Source: an uncultured Candidatus Saccharibacteria bacterium (GTDB lineage: Bacteria > Patescibacteriota > Minisyncoccia > Phycocordibacterales > UBA9973). From it: a stretch of 55,834 nt of DNA. The translations under genes and the position numbers were made by a program. Positions 27,420 to 36,118 of the stretch are shown piece after piece (positions within the stretch are counted from its first letter, which is position 1; every line of letters begins with the position of its first letter). The notes under the pieces are model-generated. The model did no database searches and was not told the origin of the DNA. It saw only the letters and a program-made list of their open reading frames with translations. The stretch is taken from NCBI GenBank assembly GCA_964450735.1, contig CAYVDC010000009.1, forward strand, positions 1-55,834, given 5' to 3'.

Positions 27420-29519
27420 CTATTTACATTCTGCGCCAGTTGGAAGTGCTGCCAAAGATACGATAGCTCCTTTAGCATCGATACATGAAACTCCTGACTG
27501 AGTTGCTAAGCTTGCGGCGACAGCATATCCACGAGCAGTAGCGGCACAATATGGCGACTGAGCTAATACTTGAGACGACATCGCATCGAACAAATCTTTC
27601 AATCCTTTTGGATCAGTACAAAGTCCGAGGTACGTGCGCTTTGATGAATAATATATTTCTGCAGCGGGAGGAACTGAGGTCAACATTGCCTTGATCGCTG
27701 AATCCTGGGCCTTGTTGCGGGCATCTTGGAAAAGTACGGTGAACGGCTTTGCAGAGACAGGAGCTGTAATAGTTACTGGCTCGTTGAGTGCATCAAGCGT
27801 TATGTCGACCTTGATGTCTTTTACAAAGTCGGTGCTTTGAGGCTTCAAGGTAAATGTTATGCGGTATGGCTTTCGGTCCCAAACGCCAACCCAGAGCTCT
27901 CCGTCAGTAACAGTAAGTCCGCTCAACAATTCATTAGGAGAAAACGAATCTGGATTTGCTTCGAACGCAGAATTTCCAAACGAATCTTGGAGGGCCTTCA
28001 CAAGTGCCTGCTGATCGACTGAAAACTGGTAGCGATGAACTGATTTGCCGGCGTATGTTTCCTTGGAAAGTTCAATAGTAGGGATGAGGACGTTAGTAGA
28101 AAAAAGCGCTTTGGTGAATTTCCCTTGAGCTTCGGGAGTAAGACCGCTTGTTGCAATAGAGATGCCGGAGAGGTCCTCTGCAGTTTCTGCGTCAGACTTT
28201 GCAAACGATACCCAATCCCCTGGCAAGAACGCTCCACTATTTCCTCCAAGCAAATCAGTAAGAAATCCGAGGTCTGGGACCTTGGCATACAAAACTGAAT
28301 CAATGTATTTTGTCTGGAAAGAAATTGTAAGTGGTGCAGCAGTAGTTGTAACGGTAATGGTTGCATCGCTCTTTGCATTGGCAGCATTGGTACGATCAAA
28401 AGTTCCATCAACAACCAATGTTGCCTGTGCGCTAGTATCTTCGGATATTGGAACTCCGCCTGTCCCCGCTCCTGGAGCAACAGCTGCGCTCAGTGAACCT
28501 ATGATTGATTTATCAAAGGCAGCAACCGCTGTTGCTTTGAAATGGCCAGTCTGTGCAGATGAAATACGAGGAAGGATGTAATTAAAAGCTGTCTTTGGAG
28601 ATGGATTCAAATAAAAGAAATATCCATAAGCAGCTGCGCCGCCAAGAATAACAACCAAGAGAACAGCAAAAATAATCAACGCAATTTTTTTGCCAGTTGA
28701 GCGAGTTGTAACTATTGGCTGATTGCTCTGCATGCCGACAAAATGAGGAGTTTCGTCTGAGTGAGTTGGCTGATAGAGCGAGCTTGTCGTTGGTGGCTGA
28801 ATATCGTTGATTGCCATTGAAGATGGTAGAGGTGAAATTGCAGAAGGTGTTGTCATGGTCGGCTTGATGCCAGTAACCATAACAGGCTCAATGATAGGCG
28901 GCATTTCAAAAGTCTTAGGAGCTTCTACTGGAACAGGAGTTGGTTGTGTGACAGGCATAGGTGGAGTAACAGAGCTAGAAGGAGGCATTACTGGAGTTTC
29001 CGTTGGACGCGGAGCAAATGGGTTCGGCATTGCTTGTGATTGCTCAGGCTGAGAAATACTAGCTGCTGCAGTAGCCGCTATTGATGCAGCTGCTTGTGGA
29101 GCAATAGGAGCTGGTGTAGGTGTAAGAACTGGAGCAGCAACTGGGCGTGGTGCTACGATCTCAGGTGATTGAGAAATAAGAGTTGTACCTGGCTGACGAA
29201 TAGCGCTTGGTGCAGGCTTTGGAGCCATAGTAGGTTGCTGTTGTACTGGAGTAACTGGAGACGGTGTAGGTGCAACTGGTTGTACTGGAGAAAGAGGCTT
29301 CTGTGGTTGAGGTTGAACCTGAGAAACCATAGGCTGCTGTATTGGCGCAGGGGCAGGTGCCGCTGTCTGTGGAAGCGGATTTTGAACACTTCGAATTGCT
29401 TCATCAACATCGTTTGCACGCCATCCTCCACGTGCCATCAGGATTTCTTTGATGATAACTTCCGGAGTACCGGCTGCAAGCTGAGCTTGAATATAGAGAG
29501 CTAGTTCTTTGTTGATCAT
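27420..29519 (-). CDS. Hypothetical single-pass membrane protein with long Pro/Ala/Thr/Gln-rich linker
   Basis: 699 aa. A short N-terminal helical domain is followed by a low-complexity linker of about 230 aa, a TM helix (IALIIFAVLLVVILGGAAAYGYFFY) and a large C-terminal domain with 4 Cys near the end. Confidence 0.55.
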   Translation of the reverse strand: MINKELALYIQAQLAAGTPEVIIKEILMARGGWRANDVDEAIRSVQNPLPQTAAPAPAPIQQPMVSQVQPQPQKPLSPVQPVAPTPSPVTPVQQQPTMAPKPAPSAIRQPGTTLISQSPEIVAPRPVAAPVLTPTPAPIAPQAAASIAATAAASISQPEQSQAMPNPFAPRPTETPVMPPSSSVTPPMPVTQPTPVPVEAPKTFEMPPIIEPVMVTGIKPTMTTPSAISPLPSSMAINDIQPPTTSSLYQPTHSDETPHFVGMQSNQPIVTTRSTGKKIALIIFAVLLVVILGGAAAYGYFFYLNPSPKTAFNYILPRISSAQTGHFKATAVAAFDKSIIGSLSAAVAPGAGTGGVPISEDTSAQATLVVDGTFDRTNAANAKSDATITVTTTAAPLTISFQTKYIDSVLYAKVPDLGFLTDLLGGNSGAFLPGDWVSFAKSDAETAEDLSGISIATSGLTPEAQGKFTKALFSTNVLIPTIELSKETYAGKSVHRYQFSVDQQALVKALQDSFGNSAFEANPDSFSPNELLSGLTVTDGELWVGVWDRKPYRITFTLKPQSTDFVKDIKVDITLDALNEPVTITAPVSAKPFTVLFQDARNKAQDSAIKAMLTSVPPAAEIYYSSKRTYLGLCTDPKGLKDLFDAMSSQVLAQSPYCAATARGYAVAASLATQSGVSCIDAKGAIVSLAALPTGAECK

Positions 29520-29564
29520 GATACGTATATTGTATCACTAAAAAAAAATTCTGACAGCGGAAAA

Positions 29565-30128
29565 CTAGAACTCGTAGATGAATATCTTTCGTCCGAGATG
29601 GTAGTTCTTGCGTTGTAGATTGATCACCTCAACTGGCTGCTTATCTTTGAATTTAAAATCGCAAGAAATAACGCGAGTACCAGGTTTGAGTTCTTTTTGA
29701 AGCTTAGGTAAAAGTGCGTTCATAAGACCAGGAAGCAAATACATGAATATATGCGTTGCGTCACCAACTGGAACGTTAAAAAAATTGGCTCGAACAAAAT
29801 GAGCATTGCGAACTCCTTTTCGCTTCTTTTCAATATGAGAAATAAGATATGGGACAACCGAACGCTCTACGCCAATCGCCTTTGATGTTGGCTGAGAAAG
29901 CGCAGCGGCAAAAACAACTCGCCCATCGCCAGAGCCGAGGTCGTATACAATGCTTCCCTCTTTGAGCTTGAGTGCCTGCACGATGTCGTCCATTACATCA
30001 CGTGAGATTGGAATGAACGGCGCGCGACCGCTAACATCTTGAACAAGATGGATAATTAAAAAAACCGCGAGCGTCGCAAAGAAAATAAGTGCGAGCGTTG
30101 TAAGTATGAGTTGAAGTAAGACTGGCAT
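29565..30128 (-). CDS. Membrane-anchored class I SAM-dependent methyltransferase
   Basis: It has an N-terminal TM helix, SAM motif I VYDLGSGDGRVV, and a downstream IGVERS. Confidence 0.7.
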   Translation of the reverse strand: MPVLLQLILTTLALIFFATLAVFLIIHLVQDVSGRAPFIPISRDVMDDIVQALKLKEGSIVYDLGSGDGRVVFAAALSQPTSKAIGVERSVVPYLISHIEKKRKGVRNAHFVRANFFNVPVGDATHIFMYLLPGLMNALLPKLQKELKPGTRVISCDFKFKDKQPVEVINLQRKNYHLGRKIFIYEF

Positions 30129-30181
30129 GGGATTAGTATATCATTCTTTTTTCCAAAGAATCGAATATCGGTCTAGCGAAA

Positions 30182-31036
30182 TTATAAGCGAATAAGTATA
30201 ACTCCGATAACGGAAAGCACCGCCCCGATCAGGCGTTCACGAATGTTAGTACGTTCATTGAGAAAGAACATGCCCGCAAGCGCAGCTGTAATTGTGACTA
30301 ATTGGATACTAGGATACACCACGGTAAAAGGAAGCAATACGTATGCCTTGAGCATCAGATAAAAGCTCATGCACTGAAGGGTGCTCGCAATGATGGCGAT
30401 TATTAACGTTCTACGATTAAACTCTTTTAGTTGTGATCCTTTCCATGGAAGCTGCGTTGCCAAGAAAACGGCTGGAACTCCGAACACCAAAAATGTATAG
30501 AGCAAGCTAGGAAATACCGAAGCGTTTATCTTGTCGAAAGCAGAAACAAGGGCAAACAAAAAGGATGAAGCCACTACCAACAATATACCCTCGTCGTGAA
30601 ATGACCTGTACCACGCGCGTCCAGTGCGAAAAACAGTCAAAAATGAGGCGAGGAAGATGATTGCCACTCCTACATATTGAAGGACTGTTGTGGCTTCATG
30701 GAGCAAGAACAATCCAATAAAAAACCCAAAGAGCGTGCGGAATTGCGAGAGCGGTTCGCGTACGCTCATCTCTGTTTTTTGAATTGTCTTATTGCCCAGA
30801 TATGCGAGAAATGTCCAAAGCAAACAAGACGCTGCCAACCCTGCATACTCGATCCAACCAAGACTACCAAAATCAAAATGCCGTTCAGTAAAAGCAAACG
30901 GCAAGAAAATAAGCGCGGCACTTACCTCGTTTACAAATGCAAAACTGAATGCGCTCACCTTTTGAAGTGTTTTCCGAATAAGCAGTTTGGAAACAGTGAG
31001 GAATACAATTATCAGTCCAATATATATCCAAGCCAT
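30182..31036 (-). CDS. EamA/DMT-family transporter
   Basis: About 10 TM helices form two repeated halves. The start was set at M17 (31036) so it does not overlap the upstream gene ending at 31041. Confidence 0.7.
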   Translation of the reverse strand: MAWIYIGLIIVFLTVSKLLIRKTLQKVSAFSFAFVNEVSAALIFLPFAFTERHFDFGSLGWIEYAGLAASCLLWTFLAYLGNKTIQKTEMSVREPLSQFRTLFGFFIGLFLLHEATTVLQYVGVAIIFLASFLTVFRTGRAWYRSFHDEGILLVVASSFLFALVSAFDKINASVFPSLLYTFLVFGVPAVFLATQLPWKGSQLKEFNRRTLIIAIIASTLQCMSFYLMLKAYVLLPFTVVYPSIQLVTITAALAGMFFLNERTNIRERLIGAVLSVIGVILIRL

Positions 31037-31040
31037 AGTA

Positions 31041-31631
31041 TTACTGTGTTGTAGTGTCGTGAGATTTCTTAAGCAGCGATGCAAATATCTGGCTTCCAGC
31101 TACAGCGCACAACACAAGTCCGACATATATAGTAAGAGCCTGCCATGTGGTGACCGGTATCGAACGAATTGAACCAAGGATAAAAACAGTAAACCAAGAG
31201 ACCATCGAGAGTCCACCTGAAGCAAATGCCAGCCGTCGCAATATGCGCATGCGTCGGGAACGGTGAAGCGTCATAGAATCATTATTGAACGAAAGCTTGA
31301 CCAAGTACGGAGAAATAAGAATATTCAGTACGACTCCGTTTATCACGATAACCGCAAACACAACAAGCTTAGCGACGAATTTTGATTTGGCGAGATATTC
31401 TAATGGCGCTGACATATATAACACTGCCCCAGTAACAAACAAAAGCGTAGTAGCGCCCCAAATGACCTTTGAAATGGTATCAAGCGTATCTGACTCCTTG
31501 CGTGAAATTCGATAGTCTTTGAGGAACTTAAAAAAAAGCGCATCAGTGGTAACGACTGCTCCAAGCCCAAATGCCGCAGAAATGGCGTGAAGGACAACAA
31601 CGATAGGTTTTATTTGTGTAAAAATTTCCAT
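31041..31631 (-). CDS. Hypothetical membrane protein
   Basis: 196 aa with about 5 TM helices. Confidence 0.5.
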   Translation of the reverse strand: MEIFTQIKPIVVVLHAISAAFGLGAVVTTDALFFKFLKDYRISRKESDTLDTISKVIWGATTLLFVTGAVLYMSAPLEYLAKSKFVAKLVVFAVIVINGVVLNILISPYLVKLSFNNDSMTLHRSRRMRILRRLAFASGGLSMVSWFTVFILGSIRSIPVTTWQALTIYVGLVLCAVAGSQIFASLLKKSHDTTTQ

Positions 31632-31772
31632 ATATATGAGTATGCCCTATTACCTCCGAACGAGCAACAAAGCACAAATAAAAACTCCGCTGTTTGCGGA
31701 GTTTTTATGTTTTGAGAAAATGCGAGAAATATGAGAGATAGATGAAGTTGTGTTGTAGTTGTAGGGCGAAGG

Positions 31773-31931
31773 CTATTCAGAGTCTTCTGATGAAGATGAT
31801 CCTGAAGAACCAGCACCTGATTCATTTTCTGAATCGCGTGAAGATCCACCATTTGAACCCTGTCCGCCTTCGTTGCGGATAGCCTTCTTGTTGTCCCAGT
31901 TATTTACCTGGCCATTGTTGTTTGTATTCAT
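31773..31931 (-). CDS. Possible small hydrophilic low-complexity protein (52 aa)
   Basis: Hand translation gives MNTNNNGQVNNWDNKKAIRNEGGQGSNGGSSRDSENESGAGSSGSSSSEDSE. A terminator-like hairpin lies downstream at about 31681-31710. Coding status is uncertain. Confidence 0.25.
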   Translation of the reverse strand: MNTNNNGQVNNWDNKKAIRNEGGQGSNGGSSRDSENESGAGSSGSSSSEDSE

Positions 31932-32062
31932 AGAATTGTTACTCAATTATATTTTTAATAAATACACGAGAATTATATGCGTGACGCACAATTTTTTAAT
32001 TGTTTGCGCGCCACGCGATGCCTGTCATTGAGCGAGAGCAAAAACGATATAGCAATTTCTTC

Positions 32063-32389
32063 TTACTGTAAAATAAGAAGCAACTGAACCAAATTCCCTA
32101 CTGCGCCGATTGTGATCGGAGCGGCCTGTGTACCTAAGCGCTGTATGTGTGCAGGCTTATCATTCTGGTTCACAGAAGCAACCCCACTGTTTGCATACAT
32201 ATATGCTTCGTTTCCTCGTGACACCAAGCTTGTTCCATCAAGAGAGATGTTGCTGTTGTCGGCTTGGATAGAAGACGAAGAGCCTATGTTTGCAGAAATC
32301 GTGCTATTTCCTAATGCAGTTGCTGTTGAGAAATAAATCCCAGAAGCAAGGGCGATCAGAAGCACGAATTGTAGTTTGGTGTTTTTCAT
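32063..32389 (-). CDS. Small secreted protein (signal peptide)
   Basis: MKNTKLQFVLLIALASGIYFSTATA looks like a Sec signal peptide. The mature part is rich in Ser, Asn and Gly. Confidence 0.45.
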   Translation of the reverse strand: MKNTKLQFVLLIALASGIYFSTATALGNSTISANIGSSSSIQADNSNISLDGTSLVSRGNEAYMYANSGVASVNQNDKPAHIQRLGTQAAPITIGAVGNLVQLLLILQ

Positions 32390-32510
32390 AGAGATTGCGT
32401 CAGTTAGTTATAATATCTTTGTACTCATTCACTTGATCGGCCTTGATTAAATAACCTAAATTATTTAATCTAATCTTAATATAGTAAATATCCTGGTATT
32501 GGTCAATCAG

Positions 32511-32530
32511 AAAAACCCCGTTTCGGGGCT
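32511..32530 (-). terminator. Short rho-independent terminator after the histidine kinase gene
   Basis: The stem ccccg/cgggg with loop ttt is followed by a T-run on the minus strand. Confidence 0.45.
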
Positions 32531-32558
32531 AAACCTGTGGATAACTTTTAATCTATTT

Positions 32559-33794
32559 TTAATCTTTGTTTAGTGGCAATATGATAGTAAATGTACTTCC
32601 TTTTCCTTTAGTACTTTTAACGGAAACAGAACCTCCATGGAGTTCTGCTGCCATTTTTACAATGGCCAATCCGAGGCCTGTTCCCTCTTGTTCTTCGGTA
32701 TGCGTACTTGTCGCACGGTAAAAACGCTCAAAGATATGCGGTAGGTCTTTTTCGCCGATGCCAATGCCTGTGTCAGAAATAGAGATCGATACTGCGTCTT
32801 TTGTTTTTTTCATGGTGATGTCAGTGTGCCCGCCTGGTGATCCATAGATAATTGAATTCTTTACCAGGTTGATTATCATCTTTTCCAAATACAATTCATT
32901 GCCAGAAATTTTTGTCTCCGGCAATTTTGCAACAACGAGAGAGATCTTTTTCTTTTTTGCGAGCACTTCGCATCGGTGAACAATATCAAGTATCAAATCG
33001 CCAAGCGATATCGTCGCCTGCCCTACGGAACTGGTCGTTTGTTCGTCTTGAGGAGTAAGAAGGGTAAGATCAGAAAGAATACCCGAGAGATGCTTTACCT
33101 CATTTTTAACTGCCTGGAGTGCTTCTATGTATTCGCTAACTTTTTTGGGTTTGCCGCTCAACGCAAGCTCGACATTTCCCTGTATGATTGCAATCGGCGT
33201 CCGAAGCTCATGATTAGCATCAGCGACAGAGCGGATCTTTCTGCGTTCTTCTTCGAGAAGCCATTCTGTACGCTCATCTGAAATAAGACGGCTAATGGTG
33301 ATAGTCTGCGCAACGCTGTTACCAATGAAGAAGCTCAAGGTCTTTTTTTCTACTGGAAACGATTCAGGCTTGTCGAAACAAAATACCATGCTTCCGTAGG
33401 CAGAGTTCTTGTACACGAGCGGAATAATTACGAAGCTTGAAATAAAGTCTTTGACATAGTCTGCATCGGGTACTTTGCTCGTGTCAGTAATAAAATCAGG
33501 CTTTGAATTTTTGATAGCTCCATAATTTCTGCCGTCTTTCCGAGGCTCATGAGGAGTAAATGGCAAGTTGGGGCTTTTATAGACAAGCTTTAGCTCCGGC
33601 GATGAAAAGCTGTTAAGCCACACAAACCCATGATCTGCGGAGAGTACTTTCATTCCAGCATTACAAAAAGCCGTGGCGATTTTGATTTCGTCATTTTCGT
33701 TCAGCGACTCGAGGGTCACTTCATTGAGGATGGTAATTTGGTCTGCGAGCATGTGTTGTACCCCAAGGATATAAAAAAGACAGGTAGATAGCAA
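32559..33794 (-). CDS. Cytoplasmic sensor histidine kinase (GAF-like N-terminus, HisKA, HATPase_c)
   Basis: The H-box is ANHELRTPIAIIQG. The N box is KNSIIYG, G1 is DTGIGI, and G2 is GTGLGLAIVK. The alternative start M15 (33752) is possible. Confidence 0.8.
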   Translation of the reverse strand: MLSTCLFYILGVQHMLADQITILNEVTLESLNENDEIKIATAFCNAGMKVLSADHGFVWLNSFSSPELKLVYKSPNLPFTPHEPRKDGRNYGAIKNSKPDFITDTSKVPDADYVKDFISSFVIIPLVYKNSAYGSMVFCFDKPESFPVEKKTLSFFIGNSVAQTITISRLISDERTEWLLEEERRKIRSVADANHELRTPIAIIQGNVELALSGKPKKVSEYIEALQAVKNEVKHLSGILSDLTLLTPQDEQTTSSVGQATISLGDLILDIVHRCEVLAKKKKISLVVAKLPETKISGNELYLEKMIINLVKNSIIYGSPGGHTDITMKKTKDAVSISISDTGIGIGEKDLPHIFERFYRATSTHTEEQEGTGLGLAIVKMAAELHGGSVSVKSTKGKGSTFTIILPLNKD

Positions 33795-33829
33795 TAGCCA
33801 TCTCCTGTCGTATGTTTTTGTAGGTCGTA

Positions 33830-34759
33830 CTAAGCTGCCATAAATGAAACAGCTCTATATACCTGTGTGCCAAAATAAAGGTATGTGTTACCAAGTACCG
33901 CTTTAACGGGACGTGATGCGCCAATGCTCAAATGAGCGGCCAAATCATCGATCATATAGAGCTTGCTGCTCTTGCCTACTCTCGTTGGATTGTCGTCCTT
34001 AAAAGCAGAAATAATCTCGATGCGTTTGGATTTGAATGGGTCGGAATTTTCCGAGAGTGAAGCTTCTCCTAACAATTTCAATACAATAGGTGCTGATTTT
34101 TTAGCCAAGCAAGTAAACGTTCGGCAAAAGTACCAAATTGAAACATCGCGCGGGTTAAACGGCGGTGCTGTAACGCTGCTCGGGTCGGCAAGTATTGTTT
34201 GAATCTCGCCATGATACACGACAGGTTCAAGCTTTGCAGCTTTCCAACTATCGTCCGTATTTATCATTCGCTGGCACAGAACTCTCAAACGCTTGAGAGC
34301 TACTTTGCAAGCAACTTCTGAAACATCAATCCACCATGGATGAAAGCCCGCAGATATTGCATACTTTGTCCAATCCAAATCATAACCTTTGCCGGAACCG
34401 ACTGCAGCTATAATTTCTTTGGCGATGATTCTATCAGAAGGTGTGTGAGTTGTAAGAGCCTCGGCAAAAACTGCTTGCATATGTTCTTTGACAAATGCAG
34501 CCAATTTTTCGTTTTCAGCATACGACTCCGCTTCTGAAGTAATTTCACGTAGTTCATACGGAGTAAAAGCAATGGGGTCGGTGTTAACCTTGTTCCAATG
34601 TTTTTGCAGCCGCGTTTGCTGGTACAAGCTTAGTTTAAGAGCTTGGTTTTGGTTTAGTTTCTGCGTAAAACGTTGTGTATGTTGGGGGTTAGTTTCATTT
34701 CTCTCATTAGGTATTCTCATTGTCATGGTAGCTTTTTTGCTACTATAGAACACATCCAA
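33830..34759 (-). CDS. Hypothetical protein, possible SAM-dependent methyltransferase fold
   Basis: IIAAVGSGKGYDLDW resembles SAM motif I, and WWIDVSEVACKVA resembles motif II. The evidence is weak. The gene sits between the kinase and regulator genes. Confidence 0.35.
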   Translation of the reverse strand: MDVFYSSKKATMTMRIPNERNETNPQHTQRFTQKLNQNQALKLSLYQQTRLQKHWNKVNTDPIAFTPYELREITSEAESYAENEKLAAFVKEHMQAVFAEALTTHTPSDRIIAKEIIAAVGSGKGYDLDWTKYAISAGFHPWWIDVSEVACKVALKRLRVLCQRMINTDDSWKAAKLEPVVYHGEIQTILADPSSVTAPPFNPRDVSIWYFCRTFTCLAKKSAPIVLKLLGEASLSENSDPFKSKRIEIISAFKDDNPTRVGKSSKLYMIDDLAAHLSIGASRPVKAVLGNTYLYFGTQVYRAVSFMAA

Positions 34760-34791
34760 TGATATGTAAAGGACGAGAAGAGCTGAGAAAA

Positions 34792-35460
34792 TTATTCTTT
34801 GATGACGAAACCAACGCCGCGCACAGTTCGGATAAGTGACTTGTGCTTTTTGCCGTCGATTTTGCGTCGAAGATATCGGATATGCACATTGAGTTCGTTG
34901 CCGGATTCTTTAAATGAAGGACCCCAGGCCGAAGAGATGAGCTTTTCACGAGGAATTGCTTCGCCTTGGTTTGAGAGCATTATGTTGAGGAGCTTGTATT
35001 CCTTTGGAGTGAGGTCGATGACCTTTCCTGCGCGAGTCACTTCATGCTTTTTTCGATCCATTGAAAGATCGCCGAGAGAGATGATATCTGCATCAGTTGT
35101 CTTGCGGCGTCGCAAAATCGCGCGGATGCGCGCAAACAATTCTGAGAGTTCAAATGGCTTGGTGAGATAATCATCAGCGCCAGAATCAAGTCCTTCGACA
35201 CGGTCGTTGGTGACAGTGCGGGCAGTGAGCATGATGATTGGCGTATGGATTTGTTTTGCGCGAAGCTCTTTTGCAACCGCAAAACCATCTTTGCCAGGAA
35301 GCATGACGTCGAGCAAAATTGCCGAGTATGGATTATTGAGGGCTTTTTGCAAGCCTTCTTCCCCTGTATAAGCAACGTCTACAGAGTACCGTTCGCTCTT
35401 GAGGGCTTTTTGTAAAATCTCTACCAGCTTCTTTTCGTCTTCAATAATTAAAATTGCCAT
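34792..35460 (-). CDS. OmpR-family response regulator
   Basis: The receiver domain reads MAILIIEDE...ILLDVMLPGKDG, and the winged helix reads TPKEYKLLNIM...TVRGVGFV. Confidence 0.85.
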   Translation of the reverse strand: MAILIIEDEKKLVEILQKALKSERYSVDVAYTGEEGLQKALNNPYSAILLDVMLPGKDGFAVAKELRAKQIHTPIIMLTARTVTNDRVEGLDSGADDYLTKPFELSELFARIRAILRRRKTTDADIISLGDLSMDRKKHEVTRAGKVIDLTPKEYKLLNIMLSNQGEAIPREKLISSAWGPSFKESGNELNVHIRYLRRKIDGKKHKSLIRTVRGVGFVIKE

Positions 35461-35544
35461 GATTTTGGTAGTATATCATCTTAATTAAAAATTAACAGGG
35501 GGGCGTTTAATCTATTTAGTAGTTCGTAAAAATACAGACGTTAT

Positions 35545-35592
35545 AAACAAAAAACCGAGCTCAGATTTCCTGAACTCGGTCTTATATTGTGC
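35545..35592. repeat. Left copy of a 48-nt imperfect direct repeat (terminator-like), candidate island boundary
   Basis: aaacaaaaaaccgagctcagatttcctgaactcggtcttatattgtgc matches 52041-52088 at 39/48 positions by hand alignment, and at 23/24 over the right-hand 24 nt. It contains a hairpin (35554-35564 with 35570-35580) followed by a T-run on the minus strand. Confidence 0.6.
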
Positions 35593-35698
35593 TCCCAACT
35601 AGACGACGTTAGGACCTGTTTTGTTAATAACCCTGACCATACGTGGTTCCCTATCGTGGATATTTGGAGAGCTGAGAAAACATCGTCAGTATCGTAAT
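35587..35698. repeat. 112-nt imperfect-palindromic repeat, copy A
   Basis: It matches 42770-42881 at 97/112 positions without gaps (hand alignment). The arms gctcccaa...ttaggacc and ggttcccta...ttggagagc are inverted relative to each other. It lies exactly between a stop codon (35699) and a terminator. Confidence 0.8.
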
Positions 35699-36100
35699 TT
35701 ATATAAAATTCACCGAAAAATTATACATTCCCATCCCACATACTCCTTGTAATGGCTCACCTATTTTAGGGATACCAATATCAATGGTTTCTTCTCCAGT
35801 CTGTGGAAGAATCTTCTGATAGCCGATCGAGTGGATGGCAAGGGATGATGAGCAATCGTAAGTACCGTTTGTTTTGACGACGAGCTTTGTGGGGATCCCC
35901 GCCTTTGCTTCACTCACTTTTGGTGAATAGCCGGCTTTCGCATCAATCGTAATGTACTGAATGCCGTCTTTAACTTCAACATTTTGGACTGGCTGATTCG
36001 AGGCCACAGTATTGTCTTTTGATTTTGAACCACCAAAGAAAACAATGCCGAGTGCAACGACAAGCCCGAGAGTAATAATAATTGAAGCAGTTTTGTTCAT
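35699..36100 (-). CDS. Membrane-anchored cupredoxin-like metal-binding protein
   Basis: An N-terminal TM helix is followed by a beta-rich domain with Cys, His and Met candidates (TYDCSSSLAIHSIG...GVCGMGMY). It is the last gene of the metal operon. Confidence 0.5.
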   Translation of the reverse strand: MNKTASIIITLGLVVALGIVFFGGSKSKDNTVASNQPVQNVEVKDGIQYITIDAKAGYSPKVSEAKAGIPTKLVVKTNGTYDCSSSLAIHSIGYQKILPQTGEETIDIGIPKIGEPLQGVCGMGMYNFSVNFI

Positions 36101-36118
36101 ATATAAATTATATCAAAA

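Noticed and set aside
28700-29400. The repetitive Pro/Ala/Thr/Gln-coding DNA in the 699-aa gene was considered as a tandem-repeat or CRISPR-like array.
   Set aside because: It has no regular period and no conserved repeat unit. It is in-frame low-complexity coding sequence. No CRISPR-like repeat-spacer structure was seen anywhere in the window.
31610-31852. The ORF-track entry 31610..31852 (-) was considered as a gene.
   Set aside because: It spans a terminator-like hairpin (about 31681-31710) and overlaps the start of the upstream membrane protein gene. Its sequence is featureless. The alternative 52-aa ORF at 31773..31931 is listed only at low confidence.
32536-32544. A perfect DnaA box (tgtggataa, reverse complement TTATCCACA) could be a sign of a replication origin.
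   Set aside because: It is a single box lying between the histidine kinase stop and its terminator. There is no cluster of boxes, no AT-rich unwinding element pattern, and no dnaA or dnaN nearby.
35587-35698. I tested the 112-nt repeat (and copy B at 42770-42881) as a tRNA or tRNA pseudogene, tmRNA end, small SRP RNA, or integron attC site.
   Set aside because: No cloverleaf can be drawn, and there is no GTTCRA T-loop or CCA end. The SRP helix-8 GGAA tetraloop and AGCA motifs are absent. Only one GTTAGGA-like core is present, without the matching inverse core on the same strand, and no intI-type integrase lies nearby. It is kept only as an unclassified repeat.
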